Assembly (NCBI GenBank): GCA_903882745.1
Contig: CAIRYG010000004.1
Location: forward strand, 28,699 to 92,698
Reading direction: 5' to 3'
Source: an uncultured Gemmatimonadota bacterium
GTDB taxonomy: Bacteria > Gemmatimonadota > Gemmatimonadetes > Gemmatimonadales > Gemmatimonadaceae
DNA: 64,000 nucleotides
The position numbers and the translations under genes were made by a program. This document shows positions 29,135 to 38,589 of the stretch, one piece after another. The first letter of the stretch is position 1. Every line of letters begins with the position of its first letter. The notes under the pieces were generated by a model. That model made no database searches, was not told the DNA's origin, and worked only from the letters and a program-made list of their open reading frames with translations.

Positions 29135-30118
29135 ATGCCGATTATCACCTACCGTGACGCGCTCAACCAGGCGCTCCGCGAAGAGATGCACAAGGACGAC
29201 CGCGTCTTCCTGATGGGCGAGGAAGTCGGCGTCTACAATGGCGCGTATAAAGTGTCGAAGGGACTCCTCGAAGAATTCGGCGAGATGCGCGTGGTGGACA
29301 CCCCGATCACCGAACTCGGCTTCGCCGGCGTTGGTGTGGGCGCGGCGATGGTTGGGCTCCGCCCTGTGGTCGAGTTCATGACGTGGAACTTTGCGCTGCT
29401 CGCCATCGACCAGGTCGTGAATGCTGCCGCGAAGATGCTCTATATGAGCGGCGGTCAGTTCCCGATGCCGATGGTGTTCCGCGGTCCAAACGGCGCCGCG
29501 CTGCAGCTCTCAGCGCAGCATTCGCAGGCGTGGGAGTCGTGGCTCGCCCATATCCCGGGCCTCAAGGTCGTCACCCCCGGTACGCCGTACGACGCCAAGG
29601 GGCTCTTGAAGAGCGCGATCCGCGACGACAACCCAGTGATTGTCCTCGAAGGCGAGATGCTCTACAACACCAAGGGCGAAGTCCCCGAGGAGGAATACCT
29701 GATTCCGCTCGGGAAGGCGGAACTCAAGCGTGAGGGCAGCGACTGCTCGATCATCACGAGCGGCAAGATGGTGCTGGTGGCGATGCAGGCCGCCGACACC
29801 CTCGCCAAGGAAGGCATCAAAATCGACGTCGTTGACCTCCGCACGATTCGCCCCATGGACGTTGAGGCGATCACGACCAGCGTCAAGAAGACCAATCGCG
29901 CGGTCGTGCTGGAAGAAGGGTGGGAGATCTGCGGCATTGGTGCGCAGGTGGTGGACTACATTCAGCGTGACTGCTTCGACCATCTCGACGCCCCGGTCAT
30001 CCGCGTGCATCAGGCCGATGTGCCGATGCCCTACGCCAAGATGTTGGAGCGCGCGGCAAAGCCGGATCTCGCGAAGACGATCGCTGCAGTAAAGAAAGTC
30101 ATGTACCTCGAGGCCTGA
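29135..30118 (+). CDS. pdhB: Pyruvate dehydrogenase E1 beta subunit
   Basis: MGEEVGVYNGAYKVSKGLLEEFG, DTPITELGFAGVGVGAAM, transketolase-like C-terminal domain. Confidence 0.9.
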   Translation: MPIITYRDALNQALREEMHKDDRVFLMGEEVGVYNGAYKVSKGLLEEFGEMRVVDTPITELGFAGVGVGAAMVGLRPVVEFMTWNFALLAIDQVVNAAAKMLYMSGGQFPMPMVFRGPNGAALQLSAQHSQAWESWLAHIPGLKVVTPGTPYDAKGLLKSAIRDDNPVIVLEGEMLYNTKGEVPEEEYLIPLGKAELKREGSDCSIITSGKMVLVAMQAADTLAKEGIKIDVVDLRTIRPMDVEAITTSVKKTNRAVVLEEGWEICGIGAQVVDYIQRDCFDHLDAPVIRVHQADVPMPYAKMLERAAKPDLAKTIAAVKKVMYLEA

Positions 30119-30121
30119 TCA

Positions 30122-31384
30122 ATGGCGACCAAAGTATCCATGGAGGCGCTCTCTCCCACGATGGAAGAGGGGCGCTTGGTGAAGTGGCTCAAGAACGAGG
30201 GCGACGCCGTGAAGTCGGGCGACGTGCTCGCGGAAGTCGAGACGGACAAGGCGGTCATGGAACTCGTGGCGCGCGGCGAAGGCGTACTCCGCAAGCGTCT
30301 GGTGAACGAAGGCGACGCCGTGCCGGTTGGCACGCTCGTCGGCGTGATTGGAAGCGCAAGTGAAGACATCACCGCACTGCTCGGTGGCTCTGCGGCGTCG
30401 AGCGCTGCCGTAAGCGCTCCTTCGGTCGCTCCTGCGGTCGCCCCTGCGGCCGGTACTGCTGCCGCTGCGAAGACTGCAGCTGCCCCAGCAGCTGCACCAG
30501 CAGCTGCCCCAGCCACGACGGGGGGTCGTACCGTGGCGAGCCCGCTTGCCCGTCGACTGGCGAGCGACGCTGGGGTCGATCTGCAGCGTATTGCCGGCTC
30601 TGGCCCGGGTGGCCGGGTCGTGAAGCGCGACATCGAAGCAGCAATGACGTCGCAGCCCACGCAGTCCTCGGCCAACAGCACGCCGGCCCGCACGGGCTCC
30701 GACTTCACCGACATTCCGCTCACCCAGATCCGCAAGACGATCGCGCGCCGACTCGCTGAGTCGATTGGGCCGATCCCGACGTTTTATCTCACGGTCGAGA
30801 TCGACCTCTCGCGTGCCGCCGAGATGCGCGCCGCGGTGGCTGAGCTCGGCGACGAGTTCAAGGTGTCGTTCAACGACATCATCCTGAAGGCGACCGCGAC
30901 GGCGCTGTCGCAGCACCCCGAAGTGAATGCGCACTGGCTCGGCGATTCCATCCGTCAGTTCAACCGCGTGCACCTCGGCATGGCCGTGGCCACCGATGAC
31001 GGACTGATCGTTCCCGTGATCTTTGACGCCGACCAGAAGCGCCTGAGCGAGATTTCTGCGGAGAGCCGCAGCTTGGCAAAGCGCGCCCGCGAGCGGAAGC
31101 TCACGCCGGCGGAGTACACGGGGAGCACCTGCTCTGTGTCGAACCTTGGCATGATGCAGATCGACCAGTTCACGGCGATCATCAATCCCCCCGAGTGCGG
31201 CATCCTCGCGATCGGCGCGATTGAGGACAAGGTTGTGGCCGAGGCCGACGGTGGCTTTACCGTCCGCAAGAAGGTCAAAATCACGATGAGCTGTGATCAT
31301 CGTGCGATCGACGGCGCCGTGGGCGCCCGTTTCCTGCAGACTCTGCGGCGGATGATTGAGAATCCGCTCATGCTCGTTTACTGA
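30122..31384 (+). CDS. pdhC: Dihydrolipoamide acetyltransferase (E2), single lipoyl domain
   Basis: ALSPTMEEG, lipoyl-lysine VETDKAVMEL, Ala/Pro-rich linker, E3-binding SPLARRLA, catalytic DHRAIDG. Confidence 0.9.
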   Translation: MATKVSMEALSPTMEEGRLVKWLKNEGDAVKSGDVLAEVETDKAVMELVARGEGVLRKRLVNEGDAVPVGTLVGVIGSASEDITALLGGSAASSAAVSAPSVAPAVAPAAGTAAAAKTAAAPAAAPAAAPATTGGRTVASPLARRLASDAGVDLQRIAGSGPGGRVVKRDIEAAMTSQPTQSSANSTPARTGSDFTDIPLTQIRKTIARRLAESIGPIPTFYLTVEIDLSRAAEMRAAVAELGDEFKVSFNDIILKATATALSQHPEVNAHWLGDSIRQFNRVHLGMAVATDDGLIVPVIFDADQKRLSEISAESRSLAKRARERKLTPAEYTGSTCSVSNLGMMQIDQFTAIINPPECGILAIGAIEDKVVAEADGGFTVRKKVKITMSCDHRAIDGAVGARFLQTLRRMIENPLMLVY

Positions 31385-31400
31385 CACCGGACCAACGACC

Positions 31401-32804
31401 ATGGCTTCGTTTGACGTAATCTTCCTCGGCGGTGGCCCCGCCGGCTATGTGGGTGCGATTCGCTCCGCCCAGCTCGGCCTCAACACTGCCGTCATCGAGC
31501 GTGAAGGGCTCGGCGGCACCTGCGTGCTCTGGGGCTGCATCCCGGCCAAGGCACTTCTCGAGGCGGCGAGCATCGCCACCAAGGTTAAGAAGGCCGCCGA
31601 GTTCGGCGTGAATGTCGGCGAGGTCTCGCTCGATTTCGGTGTGGCCATGAAGCGCTCGCGTGACGTGAGCACCAAGAACTCCAAGGGGGTCGAGTTCCTC
31701 TTCAAGAAGAACAAGATCACCTGGATCAAAGGCACCGGCACCATTGGCGCTGGCAAGTCGGTGAAGGTCACGACGGCCGAGGGCAAGACCGAGACGCACA
31801 CCGCCACCAAGGCGCTGGTCGTCTGCACCGGGTCGCGTGTGAAGGGGCTCCCGCAGGCGGGGCTCGAACTCAACAAGACGACGATCATCTCGTCTGACGA
31901 AGGGCTCCTGCTCGAGAAGGCCCCGAAGTCCGTCGCCATCGTCGGCGCTGGCGCTGTGGGCTGCGAGTTTGCGGATGTCTTCAACGCGTTTGGCAGCAAG
32001 GTCACGATCATCGAAGTCGCGCCGCGCATCCTCCCCCTCGAGGACGAGGATTCGAGCACGGAAGTCCAGCGCAGCTTCAAGAAGCGCGGCATGGACATCT
32101 TTGTCGGCGCCAAGCTCTCGGGCGCGAAGGCCGGCAAGGATTCCGTGACGTTGACCGTCGAGGAAAAGGGTGCCAAACAGGAGATCGTTGTCGACAAGGT
32201 GCTCGTCGCCGCTGGTCGCGCGCCGAACGTCGAGAACATCGGCCTCAAGGAAGCCGGCATCGCAATGACCGAACGCGGCTTCATCAAGATCAATGAGCGG
32301 ATGGAGACCTCCGTGAAGGGGATCTACGCCATTGGCGACGTGGCTGGCCCGCCAATGCTGGCCCACAAGGGGGAGCGTGAAGGGATGATCGTGGCCGAAG
32401 TGATCGCCGGGAAGCACTTCCATGCGCTCAACTACGGCAACATCCCCAATGCGACGTATTGCCACCCCGAAGTCGCGTCCATCGGCATCACCGAGGCGCA
32501 GGCCAAGGAAAAGAAGCTCGACGTGAAGATCGGCAAGTTCCCCTTCAGCGCCAACGGCCGCGCCCGTACGTCGGGGGAGACCGAAGGCTTCGTGAAGCTG
32601 ATTGTCGATGCCAAGTACGGGGAAATCCTCGGCGCGCACATCGTCGGCGCTCACGCGACGGAGATGATCCACGAGCTCGTGGTGGCGCGTGAAAACGAGT
32701 TCACGATTGAGGAGATCGACCTCGCCGTGCATGCGCACCCGACGCTCAGCGAAGCGATCGCCGAAGCCACGCTCGACGCCATGGGGCGGATGATTCACGC
32801 CTAA
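31401..32804 (+). CDS. lpdA: Dihydrolipoyl dehydrogenase (E3)
   Basis: ORF 31356..32804 trimmed to ATG 31401 (MASFDVIFLGGGPAGY). Redox disulfide GGTCVLWGCIPAK. HAHPTLSE. Confidence 0.9.
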   Translation: MASFDVIFLGGGPAGYVGAIRSAQLGLNTAVIEREGLGGTCVLWGCIPAKALLEAASIATKVKKAAEFGVNVGEVSLDFGVAMKRSRDVSTKNSKGVEFLFKKNKITWIKGTGTIGAGKSVKVTTAEGKTETHTATKALVVCTGSRVKGLPQAGLELNKTTIISSDEGLLLEKAPKSVAIVGAGAVGCEFADVFNAFGSKVTIIEVAPRILPLEDEDSSTEVQRSFKKRGMDIFVGAKLSGAKAGKDSVTLTVEEKGAKQEIVVDKVLVAAGRAPNVENIGLKEAGIAMTERGFIKINERMETSVKGIYAIGDVAGPPMLAHKGEREGMIVAEVIAGKHFHALNYGNIPNATYCHPEVASIGITEAQAKEKKLDVKIGKFPFSANGRARTSGETEGFVKLIVDAKYGEILGAHIVGAHATEMIHELVVARENEFTIEEIDLAVHAHPTLSEAIAEATLDAMGRMIHA

Positions 32805-32825
32805 GGATGAGCGTGTCTGTTGGTC

Positions 32826-32866
32826 AGCGGGTCCGGAGTGCGCGTAGTTCGCGCTCCGGACCCGCT
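32826..32866 (+). terminator. Long GC-rich stem-loop between lpd and lipB
   Basis: agcgggtccggag(t)gcgcg-tagtt-cgcgctccggacccgct, about 18 bp with one bulge, followed by agatttc. The T-tract is weak. Confidence 0.45.
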
Positions 32867-32877
32867 AGATTTCAGGG

Positions 32878-33600
32878 ATGCATCCGCCGCGCGAACTCTG
32901 GGTCGTCTCGCTGGGTACCCGCCCCTACACTGAGGTGTGGGAGTTGCAGCGCGCACTCGCGCATCGGCGCATCTCCGGCGATATCCCACAGGACCTGCTC
33001 TTGCTGGTCGAGCACCCACCGGTGGTCACCCTCGGCCGCTCCGCGCGCGACCCCGCCACGCTGATCGCCACGCCGGAGCTGCTCGCCGCGCGAGGCGTCG
33101 AATTGTTTGAGGTGGAACGCGGCGGCGACGTGACCTTCCACGGTCCCGGACAGCTCGTTGGCTATCCCATTGTCGACCTCAATCGCCACACGCTCGACCT
33201 GCACTGGTACCTGCGGCAGCTCGAGGGGGCGCTCATGAGCGCGCTTGCCCCCTTCGGCATCACCGGAGCGCGGAGCACGGGGCAGACCGGCGTCTGGACC
33301 GATGGGCGCAAGATTGCCTCGATTGGCGTCCACGCGCGGCAGTGGGTGACCTGGCACGGCTTCGCACTGAATGTCACCACCGACCTGTCGTATTTTGACC
33401 TCATGGTCCCGTGCGGCATCGCCGGGGTACAAATGACCACGGTGGAGGCAGAGCGAGTTCGGCACGACGCACCACCATCGACCACGCTCATGGGAGATGT
33501 CATGGCGCAGGTTGTGCACAGTATGGCGCAGCAGTTCACACTGACGCCGCGCGACGTCGATCTTGCATCGCTCACCGTCTCTGAAGGGGTTCCGCAATGA
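32878..33600 (+). CDS. lipB: Octanoyltransferase (lipoyl(octanoyl) transferase)
   Basis: LLLVEHPPVVTLGR, RGGDVTFHGPGQLVGYPI, KIASIGV, PCGI. Confidence 0.9.
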   Translation: MHPPRELWVVSLGTRPYTEVWELQRALAHRRISGDIPQDLLLLVEHPPVVTLGRSARDPATLIATPELLAARGVELFEVERGGDVTFHGPGQLVGYPIVDLNRHTLDLHWYLRQLEGALMSALAPFGITGARSTGQTGVWTDGRKIASIGVHARQWVTWHGFALNVTTDLSYFDLMVPCGIAGVQMTTVEAERVRHDAPPSTTLMGDVMAQVVHSMAQQFTLTPRDVDLASLTVSEGVPQ

Positions 33601-34799
33601 CGCAGTCCCAACTTCGACTCGCCGCGCGCCTCGCGCCCGCATTCCTGCTCGCGGGCTGCGCGAGTGCCGCGTCTGCACCGGCCACCGCAGCAGCTGGCGC
33701 GTCTGCCCCGTCTGCAGCGCCGGCCGTGATTGCCGCGCCGCCAGCGCCCGTCGCCCCGCCGCACGCCGCTGTCCCGCGCTCCTACTCGGGACTCGACAGC
33801 GGCGCGGCCCGCATCACGATTTTCGTCGCCACCACCCGTCGCGCGGTGCAGAGCGAACGTCCGGGCGATCGCTTTGGCCCCGAGGACGCGGACTCGCTGC
33901 AGTTCGCAGCCGTTGGTGTGAATGTGCCCCCGTACACGGCACGCGGCACCGGAGAACTTCCTCGTCCCAGCTCGCTACGGGTCAATGCCTTGAGCTATCG
34001 TCCGGATCCCGCCAAGGATTTCTTCATCTCCTCGGTGATTCCTGTTGACAGCGCGCGATTCGTCTCGCGCCTCGCCACCGACCTGGCCGCCACGAAATCG
34101 CGCGACGTGCTCGTGTTCGTGCACGGCTTCAACACCTCCTTCGAAGACGCCTCGCTCCGCGCCGCGCAAATCGCCGCCGACATCGGCTTTGATGGCAGTG
34201 TGGTGCTCTTCACCTGGCCGTCCGCTGGGTCGGTGTCGTCCTACGTGCGCGATCAACAGGCCGCACGCAACGCGGGCTTCCACCTGCTGCGCGTCCTTCG
34301 TGGCCACGCGGTTGCAGCGCTCCCAGGACGCCTCAATCTGCTGGGACACTCGATGGGCTCCGAAGTGATCAGCAAGGCGCTGAGTCTCGTTGCGCAGAGC
34401 GACACGATCCCAAAATTCACGCAGGTCGTGTTCGCCGCGCCCGACGTCGATGCCCGCATCTTCCGACGCGAGATTTTCCCCAAGCTCGAGTCACGCGCCG
34501 CGCGGATCTCACTCTATGCGAGCGATGACGACGAAGCGCTCCGCGCCTCGCGAAGCCTGAACGGTGTCTGGCGCCTCGGACTCGGCGGCGACTCGATCAC
34601 GGTGATCAAGGGTATGGACACCATCGATGCCTCGCGCGTGAAAGCCGATGTCCTCGGTCACACGCTCTTTGGCAATCAAACCTTTTTGGCTGATCTTGCT
34701 GCGCTGCTCGGCGATGGCCGAGCGCCCGCTGAACGCCGCTTGCTCGCGGTGCGCCGCGGCGACCTGCAGTTCTGGCGCTTCCGGGGCGACGCGCGCTAA
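33597..34799 (+). CDS. Alpha/beta hydrolase lipoprotein (DUF900-type esterase family)
   Basis: Lipobox LLAGCAS. VFVHGFNTSFEDA, FTWPSAGS, nucleophile elbow LLGHSMGSEV. ATGA overlap with the lipB stop (33597-33600). Confidence 0.7.
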   Translation: MTQSQLRLAARLAPAFLLAGCASAASAPATAAAGASAPSAAPAVIAAPPAPVAPPHAAVPRSYSGLDSGAARITIFVATTRRAVQSERPGDRFGPEDADSLQFAAVGVNVPPYTARGTGELPRPSSLRVNALSYRPDPAKDFFISSVIPVDSARFVSRLATDLAATKSRDVLVFVHGFNTSFEDASLRAAQIAADIGFDGSVVLFTWPSAGSVSSYVRDQQAARNAGFHLLRVLRGHAVAALPGRLNLLGHSMGSEVISKALSLVAQSDTIPKFTQVVFAAPDVDARIFRREIFPKLESRAARISLYASDDDEALRASRSLNGVWRLGLGGDSITVIKGMDTIDASRVKADVLGHTLFGNQTFLADLAALLGDGRAPAERRLLAVRRGDLQFWRFRGDAR

Positions 34800-34827
34800 G
34801 TGCTCGCGACCAGCCACGGACCCACAG

Positions 34828-34857
34828 CGGACCAGCGGCTCTAACGCGGCTGGTCCG
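34828..34857. terminator. Stem-loop between convergent hydrolase and GT39 genes
   Basis: cggaccagc-N12-gctggtccg, 9-bp stem. The right arm is inside the last codons of the minus-strand gene. Confidence 0.35.
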
Positions 34858-36382
34858 TGGGGTAGGATTTTAGAAAATGCGTTGCACGGTACACACCAAT
34901 CTCCATCGCGACGCGCCCCTGGCGATAAATCGGGACGACCGCCTCCAGCGTGACTGACTCGAAGTAGGGCGAGAACTTGGTGATGACATCCTCACCCTGC
35001 TTCACCTTGTTCAGAATCACCGCGTTCGCGCCAAAATACTGCGTGTCAATAACCGCATAACGAAAATGGTGCGGGTCGGCACACAGGCAGATGACCGGCA
35101 CATGCGGTCCGAGCGCAACCGCCGCCTTCCCTGCCTGAATCCAACTGGGCGCCGCCACAAAACTTCCCACCGGCAACAGACGGCGCACGCGCAGTTCCTT
35201 CACCACCGGATACCAGTCAATCAGGTCGGCGGTCTGCGAGTCGGCGGCCTTCGCGAGCTTGCTCCCGAACACGCTCCCGACCCACCCCGTGGCAACGGCA
35301 CTCCAGAGCACGACAATCAGCGCCAAGTAGCCATAGACCGACGACACAATCCACGGACGTGCATACGGCGCACCGCGTTCGAGTCGCCCAGCCACCGCGG
35401 CACCCAGCAGCGGAAAGGCAAACAGATAGCCCGGGGCGGTCCAGTGCGGGAGCCCGACATCACCACGCAACGCGATCAAGGTGAAGACCGCCACAATCGG
35501 AACACTCAAGCACAGCAGAAACCACTGCTCGGCACGTGCGCGCCCGACACGCAGGGCTCCCCACATCGAGCCCACGAGCGGGATCCAGACCCATGGCAGC
35601 GCCCACACTACTTGCCCCGCGATATTCGTGAGCATCGTGTCGGGGTGCAATCCACCGCGCCCACCAGCTCGTCCGCCCTGAAACAGGAACGAGACCCAAT
35701 GGTGCTGTGAGTTCCAGTACAGCACCGGTGAGAAAATCAGGAGCGCAACAATCGCCCCGAGATACGGCCCTGGATGCGCGAGCCATCGCCGGTGCCGCAC
35801 ACTCGTGAGTAGAAAGAGAAAGGTGCCGCCCAGCACGAAGACGCCATGATACTTGGACAGCATCGCTGCGCCCGCGGCGGCGCCTGCGAGCATCCACCGG
35901 AACGTGACCGCGCGCGGAGCATCGTCAAACACAATGCCCGCAATCAGGGTGACCGATACGAGCATCATCAGAAAGAGCGGCGCGTCTGGCAACAACCAGC
36001 CACCGGCGCTCAGGCTGAACTCCGCAGAGACATTCAGCAACAGCGCGGCAATCGCGCCGGCGTTCTCGCCAAAGAATCGCGCTGCGAGCCGATAGGTCAG
36101 CCAGGTGGTCCCCGCAAAGCAGAGCGCAATCGGCAACCGCAGCACCACCTCGCGCTCGCTCCCCACCAACTTGGCCCAGCCGCCAATCATCCAGAACAGC
36201 AGTGGTGGATGGTCGAAGTAGGACCAGGAAAACTGCCGAGCGATCGCGACAGCGTACGATTCATCGACGCCGTAGCCCACGGTCGCTGCAATGATGTACC
36301 GCAGCATCGCCCCGACCGCGAGCACCGCGAGGACAATGGTACCGGGATCCCGACCGAACGGGGGGCGCGTCTGAGTAGTCAC
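34841..36382 (-). CDS. Family 39 glycosyltransferase (ArnT/PMT-like, polyprenol-phosphate-sugar dependent)
   Basis: 513 aa, many TM helices. N-terminal loop motif YGVDESYAVAIARQFSWSYFDHPPL typical of PMT_2/ArnT. GTG start. Confidence 0.8.
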   Translation of the reverse strand: MTTQTRPPFGRDPGTIVLAVLAVGAMLRYIIAATVGYGVDESYAVAIARQFSWSYFDHPPLLFWMIGGWAKLVGSEREVVLRLPIALCFAGTTWLTYRLAARFFGENAGAIAALLLNVSAEFSLSAGGWLLPDAPLFLMMLVSVTLIAGIVFDDAPRAVTFRWMLAGAAAGAAMLSKYHGVFVLGGTFLFLLTSVRHRRWLAHPGPYLGAIVALLIFSPVLYWNSQHHWVSFLFQGGRAGGRGGLHPDTMLTNIAGQVVWALPWVWIPLVGSMWGALRVGRARAEQWFLLCLSVPIVAVFTLIALRGDVGLPHWTAPGYLFAFPLLGAAVAGRLERGAPYARPWIVSSVYGYLALIVVLWSAVATGWVGSVFGSKLAKAADSQTADLIDWYPVVKELRVRRLLPVGSFVAAPSWIQAGKAAVALGPHVPVICLCADPHHFRYAVIDTQYFGANAVILNKVKQGEDVITKFSPYFESVTLEAVVPIYRQGRVAMEIGVYRATHFLKSYPTDQPR

Positions 36383-36482
36383 ACCCTAATTATCGCTACG
36401 CGATCACGTCCGAGGGGAGGGCTGAGCACCGACCAACCCAGTCCGCCGTCCGCGCTGGCTCTCGCCCCGATATATTGGAGGC

Positions 36483-38570
36483 ATGACCGGTGACGCCAAG
36501 GTGTATCCGCAGCGTACGCGCGAGGTCGCGGCAGCCCCCACCGGCCCGCTCGCGGACGGCCTGAATGAGGCGCAGCTACGCGCCGTCCTGCATGGCGACG
36601 GCCCGCTCCTGATCGTCGCCGGAGCGGGCACCGGCAAGACGCGCACCCTCGTGCACCGTGTCGCACATCTGCTGGAACGCGGCGTGCGCCCCGAGCGCAT
36701 TCTGCTGCTCACCTTTACCCGACGCGCCGCGCAGGAAATGCTGGCGCGGGCTGAACGGCTGGTTGGGAGCGCCTCGCGCGGCGTGCATGGCGGCACCTTC
36801 CACGCCACGGCGCACCGCCTGCTCCGCCGCTTTGGCACCTCCGCGGGGCTCGCCGCCGACTTCAGCATCATGGACCAAGGCGACGCGGTCGATCTGATGC
36901 AGCTGGCGCGCAGCGCCGCAGGCATCGCTGAGGCGAAGGGAGAAAAGAAGCGGTTCCCAAAAAAGGAAACGCTGCACTACATCTACTCGCGGCACATCAA
37001 CACCGAGCGCCCGGTGCCGCAGATCTTGTCCGAGGAATATCCGCAGTTCGTCGAGTACGAAGCGCAGATCATGCGCGTCTTCGCCGACTACACGGTGCGC
37101 AAAGCGCAGCGCAATCTGGTGGACTACGACGACCTGCTGCTGTTCTGGGCACTCATGGCCGAGTCGGAAGGCCCGCTCGCGGAACGCTTAGCGGCGATGT
37201 ACGACCATGTCCTCGTGGATGAGTACCAGGACACCAACCACCTACAGTCGCGCATCCTCCGCGCGATGTGTCGCACCACCGCGAATCTCACGGTGGTCGG
37301 CGACGATGCGCAAAGCATCTACGCCTTCCGCGGCGCCACAATCCGCAACATCCTCGACTTCCCGCACCATTTTCCAGGGACCACAGTCGTAACCCTCGAG
37401 GAGAACTACCGCTCGGTGCAGCCGATCCTCGACGTGACCAATCGTCTGATTTCTCGGTCCGAAGAGCGCTACACCAAAGACCTCTTCACCAAACGCGAAG
37501 GCGGCGATCGCCCCTGGCTCGTCACGGCGCACGACGAACAGGCGCAAACGCGTTTCGTGGTGGATCGCATTCTGGACCTGCATGAAGAAGGGATGCCGCT
37601 CAGCGAGATGGCGGTCCTCTTCCGTGCCGGCTACATGAGTGCCGATCTCGAGATCGAACTGACCGCGCGCAAAATCCCCTTCGAGAAATGGGGCGGCCTC
37701 AAGTTCCTCGAAGCGGCGCACGTAAAAGACGTGCTCGCCTTCCTGCGCATCCTCGAGAACCCGCGCGACGAAGTGAGCTGGTATCGCCTCCTGCTCCTCC
37801 TCCCAGGCATTGGCGAAGCCACGGCCCGCGGCGCCATCACCAAGATGGCCGAACTCGCCTGGACCTCGGACGCCTTCGGCCGCTACCTACCGCCGCCGCG
37901 CGCCCGCGCAGCGCACGAGTCACTGGTACAGCTACTCGATCAACTCCGCGCCGCCCCGAGCGATCGCAAGGACGCCGTCAGCGCCGACATCGCACGCGTG
38001 CGGCGCCTGTACGACGACATTCTCCGCGAACGCTACGATCGCGTGGAGCCGCGGCTCGCGGATTTGGACCAGCTGCAAAACATCGCCGCCGGCTATCCGG
38101 ATCGCGGGAGCTTCCTCTCCGCCCTGGCCCTTGAGCCGCCCTCCGCCACACAAGACATTGGCTTTGGCTCCGACAGCGAAGACGACGTCCTTGTGCTCAG
38201 CACCGCCCACAGCGCCAAGGGCCGCGAGTGGGACGCAGTGTTCGTGATCTGGGCCGCCGATGGGTGGTTCCCCATGGCGCGCGCGCTCGGGAGCGACGAA
38301 GAGATCGACGAAGAACGCCGCCTGATGTACGTTGCCATGACCCGCGCACGCGATTATCTCGCAGTCACCTATCCCTTCAACGTGTACGACTCACGACGCA
38401 GCGCCGATTACACGATCGATCAAGTCTCACGATTCCTCGACCGCGGCGTCCGCGACTTGATGCAAAAAGTCGTCGTCGATCAACCGCAGGCACCGGTCGA
38501 CCCCGCACCGCATGTCGCTTCGACGCTCGACCTCCGCGCCATCCTCAATCAACGGTTTGGCGGTCTCTGA
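36483..38570 (+). CDS. UvrD/PcrA/Rep-family ATP-dependent DNA helicase
   Basis: LNEAQLRAV, Walker A AGAGTGKT, VDEYQDTN, VGDDAQSIYAFRGA, LEENYRS, YVAMTRARD. Confidence 0.9.
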   Translation: MTGDAKVYPQRTREVAAAPTGPLADGLNEAQLRAVLHGDGPLLIVAGAGTGKTRTLVHRVAHLLERGVRPERILLLTFTRRAAQEMLARAERLVGSASRGVHGGTFHATAHRLLRRFGTSAGLAADFSIMDQGDAVDLMQLARSAAGIAEAKGEKKRFPKKETLHYIYSRHINTERPVPQILSEEYPQFVEYEAQIMRVFADYTVRKAQRNLVDYDDLLLFWALMAESEGPLAERLAAMYDHVLVDEYQDTNHLQSRILRAMCRTTANLTVVGDDAQSIYAFRGATIRNILDFPHHFPGTTVVTLEENYRSVQPILDVTNRLISRSEERYTKDLFTKREGGDRPWLVTAHDEQAQTRFVVDRILDLHEEGMPLSEMAVLFRAGYMSADLEIELTARKIPFEKWGGLKFLEAAHVKDVLAFLRILENPRDEVSWYRLLLLLPGIGEATARGAITKMAELAWTSDAFGRYLPPPRARAAHESLVQLLDQLRAAPSDRKDAVSADIARVRRLYDDILRERYDRVEPRLADLDQLQNIAAGYPDRGSFLSALALEPPSATQDIGFGSDSEDDVLVLSTAHSAKGREWDAVFVIWAADGWFPMARALGSDEEIDEERRLMYVAMTRARDYLAVTYPFNVYDSRRSADYTIDQVSRFLDRGVRDLMQKVVVDQPQAPVDPAPHVASTLDLRAILNQRFGGL

Positions 38571-38589
38571 CCTCCAGCAGGAGTATCCC

